Shown here: positions 8,850 through 12,252 of the stretch, piece by piece
Layout of the letters: each line of letters opens with the position of its first letter
Numbering within the stretch: position 1 is the stretch's first letter
Assembly: GCA_031425655.1 (NCBI GenBank)
Contig: JANPJS010000300.1
Span: forward strand, 1-12,252
DNA: 12,252 nucleotides
Reading direction: 5' to 3'
Origin: Abditibacteriaceae bacterium
GTDB lineage: Bacteria > Armatimonadota > Abditibacteriia > Abditibacteriales > Abditibacteriaceae
The notes under the pieces: model-generated
Seen by the model: the letters and a program-made list of their open reading frames with translations, nothing else
Databases searched by the model: none
Told to the model about the DNA's origin: nothing
Position numbers and translations under genes: made by a program

Positions 8850-11510
8850 ATGCCCCAATTTTCCAAAACCCATTTTGCTTTCGCCCTTTTTCTGCTGACA
8901 AGTTTCGTCTGGCGTCCGCTGAATGCTGGAGCAGCTACGCCGGTCATCGAGCGCGCCAAGTTAGCGACTGCGTTGGTGGAATTGCCGGATGAAGAAGGCT
9001 TCGGCTCGGCGTTTTGCATCACACCCGAAGGCATTTTCGTGACCAATCAGCACGTCGTCGAAGGCGTTGCAGTCGGCGGCAAAGTGAAACTTGTGCTCAA
9101 TGCCGGCGAGCGCAATCAAAGAATCGTGGATGCCACCGTGTTGCGCGTCAATGAACAAGATGATTTAGCCCTACTGCGTGCCGATAGTCGCGTGCCGTTC
9201 ACTGCGCTGTCATTGGGCGATACGGCGAACTTAACGGAAACGCAGCCGGTCGCGGCTATCGGTTTTCCGTTCGGGGCCGATTTAGCTCTCGAAGAAGGCC
9301 AATATCCCAACGCTGCGGTCAATATCGGGCGCATTACGGCGCTTCGCAAAGTGCAGGGCGAGCTTCACGAGCTGCAAATTGATGCGGCCATCAATCCCGG
9401 CAATTCCGGCGGGCCGCTTATCAACGAGCGAGGGCAGGTCATCGGCGTCGTCTACGCGGGCATCCGCGACGCGCAGGCTGTGAACTTTGCGATTTCGGTC
9501 GGTTTGCTCAACAAAATGCTCAAAGCGCCGGTCATCGTTTTTCAGCCGCCCGCCAAACTTCCCACCAACAAGCATCAGGAAAGCGAATTTTCCATCAAAC
9601 TGCTGCCGATTCTCAACGCGCCGACGCCGTTTTCGGTTTCGCTCACGCTCAGCGCAGGAAAAGGCGATAATCGCACGTTTTTGGCGCAGAATCAAGGCAA
9701 TAATCAGTATCTGGCGCGGGCCGCGCTGCTTCCGGCGGGGCTGGCGCAAAGCAATCTGATTTCGTTCGCGGTCAGCGTGCGACAAGGCGCGGAAACCGTT
9801 GCGGAATCCAAAGGCGTCATCGAATTGAACGTCGCCGCGCCCACAGCCGGTGGAACCGGATGGTTGGGCGGAGCCGCCGCGCCGGGCGCCAATGCAGGCG
9901 GAGCAAACGCGCCTAAACCCGAAGATTCCAACCAACTGGTGTTGCAGGGCACGCAAGCGATAGACGATTTGCGCGTCAGTGCCTTCACGTTTCCCACGAA
10001 CGAAATCGTTTCCAATATGCTGTGGTCGGGCGACGGCAAGAAGCTGTTTTTGTTGAACAAAAGCGGAATGTTGCGCCGTATTGCGGTGCCGGAATTTAAA
10101 GAAGAAAAGACCTTGAATCTGGCGCAAACGTGCAGCGCGCTTGCCCTGTCGCAACTGGGATTAGTCGTTGGCCTGCCGCAAATTCATCAAGTTTGGCTGA
10201 TAGACGCGAACACTTTCGCGGTTCTGAAACGCATTCCCGCTGCGGGCGTGGATAGTTTGGCCAGCGCGCCGGCTTTGACGACGGCTTACGCGACAAATAA
10301 GGAAATGCTGACGATTATTGATTTGGCCGAAGGCAAAGCCGCCGCACAACTCAGTCCGCGCGCGGCGTCGCGTTTAACGGCTGGCCCGCTCAAAAAATCG
10401 CCGGACGCCACGCCGCTTTTCAACTTCCGTCTGCCCGCCGTGACACCCGACGGCAAGTATTTCTTTTGCGTCGGCGACGAAAGCTACCACGATGTTTTCG
10501 GCAGCTTGCACCGTTTTCGCATCAATCAAAACACTTTGATTTACGAGGAAGTCGGGCCGACTATCGGCAAAAACCCGCAGCGCATCGAAGTCAGCGACGA
10601 TTCTTCTTATGTCTCCATGCCGTCGGGCGGCGGCAACACCGACCGAGGCTACACCACGCACGTTTACGCAGTCGGCGATTTGACCAAGCCTGTGGTTTCG
10701 CTCGAATCGGGCGCTTATCCGCGCGCTCTTGGCTTCGACCGTATCGGCGGAAGAATATACGCGCAGGATTTTGGCAATCAACTGATCGTGTTCACGCCGA
10801 CGGGTCTCAGAGAGAAATCCTACAAGGTGGCCAACGGGCAGGACGCCGAAACCAATCAGTTTTTGGCGTCTCCGCTTGGGCATCGCGTTTTGGTGTCAAC
10901 CGGCGCGCAGCTTTTGTGGGTTGAATTACCCGGCGCCGGTGAATCGCGGCGGCCTGTTACGGCGGTCGCCACTCCACCAACAGCTTCCTTGCCAAAACCG
11001 AATGCGGCACCAAATTTCGGCGGTGGATTCGGCGGGCCACCGAAATTCGGCGGCGCCACGAATCCCGGTGTAGCCGGCACCACGCCCAACTCACCTTTCG
11101 GTGGACGCACCACTCCGGCTCCGGCTGCGGCAGCCGTGCCCATTGCGGCGGGCGCGCTGGAAATAGAGATTCAAATCGAGGGCAAAGTTACCTTGAATTT
11201 TCAGGACGATATGTTCTGGATTGAGAATCAAAGCGGAAAAGCGCCCGAAACGGTGACTGTCAATGGAAAAGCGTGGCCCGTTGAATGGGACGGTAAAACC
11301 TCGAAAAAAATCGCTGCTCTGAACCCACCGATTCCCCACTCGGACAGGTTAAGGATGAAATTAAAATCCGATGTGGCAGCCGGAAGTGCGTTTCTATTTT
11401 TGGTGCCACGCGCGCCCAACCATTTTTCGGCGAAGGCCGGTTTGGATCGCGAGCGCGGGAACGGCACGGGCTTATACAAACTCAGTCTAAGTTGGGATGC
11501 GATTCCCTAA
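8850..11510 (+). CDS. Secreted trypsin-like (S1C/HtrA-like, no evident PDZ) serine protease with beta-propeller-like and C-terminal beta domains
   Basis: ATG at 8850 with GAGGA 8 nt upstream (preferred over TTG at 8826), followed by a signal peptide. The catalytic triad is in TNQHVV, DDLALL and INPGNSGGP. Later WSGDGKKLF, VTPDGKYFF and VSDDSSYV repeats are typical of beta-propellers, followed by a Pro/Gly linker. Confidence 0.9.
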   Translation: MPQFSKTHFAFALFLLTSFVWRPLNAGAATPVIERAKLATALVELPDEEGFGSAFCITPEGIFVTNQHVVEGVAVGGKVKLVLNAGERNQRIVDATVLRVNEQDDLALLRADSRVPFTALSLGDTANLTETQPVAAIGFPFGADLALEEGQYPNAAVNIGRITALRKVQGELHELQIDAAINPGNSGGPLINERGQVIGVVYAGIRDAQAVNFAISVGLLNKMLKAPVIVFQPPAKLPTNKHQESEFSIKLLPILNAPTPFSVSLTLSAGKGDNRTFLAQNQGNNQYLARAALLPAGLAQSNLISFAVSVRQGAETVAESKGVIELNVAAPTAGGTGWLGGAAAPGANAGGANAPKPEDSNQLVLQGTQAIDDLRVSAFTFPTNEIVSNMLWSGDGKKLFLLNKSGMLRRIAVPEFKEEKTLNLAQTCSALALSQLGLVVGLPQIHQVWLIDANTFAVLKRIPAAGVDSLASAPALTTAYATNKEMLTIIDLAEGKAAAQLSPRAASRLTAGPLKKSPDATPLFNFRLPAVTPDGKYFFCVGDESYHDVFGSLHRFRINQNTLIYEEVGPTIGKNPQRIEVSDDSSYVSMPSGGGNTDRGYTTHVYAVGDLTKPVVSLESGAYPRALGFDRIGGRIYAQDFGNQLIVFTPTGLREKSYKVANGQDAETNQFLASPLGHRVLVSTGAQLLWVELPGAGESRRPVTAVATPPTASLPKPNAAPNFGGGFGGPPKFGGATNPGVAGTTPNSPFGGRTTPAPAAAAVPIAAGALEIEIQIEGKVTLNFQDDMFWIENQSGKAPETVTVNGKAWPVEWDGKTSKKIAALNPPIPHSDRLRMKLKSDVAAGSAFLFLVPRAPNHFSAKAGLDRERGNGTGLYKLSLSWDAIP

Positions 11511-12123
11511 AGCGCTTTTCGCGTTTCGAGACGAAATTGCTGCCGCCCAAATAAAAGCGCAGCGGCCAATCGGCGGCCTGCGTGATTCCGATACGCGTTG
11601 TCGTGACAAGCGGCGCGTGCGCGGCTAAAAATGCCTCGCGCTGCGGATTCTCGGCGATGAAAAGCGGCGAATCGGCGTCGCAAAGGTCAACTTCGTCTAA
11701 TTCGCGCGTGATTTGCAGCGCGGCGCAGAATTTCGCCGGGCCGTTGGTTAAATCGCGCTCTTTGGGCACGGCGCGATTGGCTTTCATAATTTCAGCGCCG
11801 AAAGTTGGCTCAATCGCGCGCACCAAAACCGCTTCGGCCTCGCCTTTGGGCCGGCACACGGCGTTAAAGCAAAAGTGATAGCCGTAAATCAGATAAACGT
11901 AGGCGCGGCCCATTTCGCCCCACATCGCGCGGTTGCGCGGCGTTTCGCGCTTGTAGGTATGACACGCCGGATCGTCGGATAAATAGGCTTCTGTTTCCAC
12001 GATTTCGCCGCCGCAAATGCCGTCGGGCGTGCGCCGCAAGAGATAATGGCCCAGAAGCAGCGGTGCGACGATTTTCGCTGACGGTTCGTAGAATTCGCGC
12101 GGCAAAGCAGAAAAATTCATCAT
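11482..12123 (-). CDS. mpg: DNA-3-methyladenine glycosylase (Mpg/AAG family)
   Basis: LPREFY...VAPLLLG, IVETEAY, GRAYVYLIYG, AVLVRAIEP, LTNGPAK and RIGI...PLRFY. The start is placed at MMNFSALPREF because upstream starts would translate a tandem repeat. The 3' end overlaps the convergent protease gene by 29 nt. Confidence 0.93.
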   Translation of the reverse strand: MMNFSALPREFYEPSAKIVAPLLLGHYLLRRTPDGICGGEIVETEAYLSDDPACHTYKRETPRNRAMWGEMGRAYVYLIYGYHFCFNAVCRPKGEAEAVLVRAIEPTFGAEIMKANRAVPKERDLTNGPAKFCAALQITRELDEVDLCDADSPLFIAENPQREAFLAAHAPLVTTTRIGITQAADWPLRFYLGGSNFVSKREKRFRESHPNLD

Positions 12124-12128
12124 TAAAA

Positions 12129-12152
12129 CACAAAGACACAAAGACACGAAGG
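12129..12152. repeat. Octamer tandem repeat CACAAAGA CACAAAGA CACGAAGG (single arm)
   Basis: Three 8-nt units, 5 nt from the proposed mpg start and similar to the CACAGAG units at 5239-5265; no inverted partner inside the window. Confidence 0.7.
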
Positions 12153-12252
12153 TTCTCATGTTACGCGGTGGACTTATAGTAAGCGGTGTGAAGAGTGGCT
12201 TCGCCACTCCTTAAAACCCCACCTGCCCAGAGGGCGCCCGCCCTTGGTAAGG

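Noticed and set aside
9282..10154. 290-aa antisense ORF inside the protease gene
   Set aside because: It is a typical GC-rich antisense shadow with no motifs; the + strand has a clear catalytic triad.
11005..11060. TTCGGCGG repeats within the protease gene
   Set aside because: They are explained by the encoded FGG low-complexity linker and are not an independent DNA element.
12124..12207. N-terminal extension of Mpg from GTG at 12207 or ATG at 12159
   Set aside because: It would translate the octamer repeat (FVSLCLCVL), and family-like sequence starts only near LPREFY.

Overview
Bacterial housekeeping window of moderately high GC. It holds a partial FabF-like beta-ketoacyl synthase gene (-, runs off the left edge and is absent from the ORF track) and a secreted hypothetical protein with a DUF1559/prepilin-associated-like C-terminus (+). 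These are followed by a bidirectional terminator, a three-subunit succinate dehydrogenase operon sdhCAB (-), rfbC/rmlC (-), argS (-), a large secreted trypsin-like protease with a beta-propeller-like region (+) and an Mpg/AAG DNA glycosylase (-). The most unusual signal is non-coding. Three junctions between co-oriented genes (sdhA/sdhB, sdhC/sdhA, argS/rfbC) are filled by 30-45 bp inverted repeats whose arms are built from short tandem units of period 10, 9 and 7 nt. Each starts 4-5 nt after the upstream stop codon. A fourth, period-8 arm with no partner in the window sits just upstream of mpg. These look like a family of gene-less palindromic tandem-repeat elements, either mobile or mRNA-processing. 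A terminator-like hairpin also directly abuts the argS start codon.
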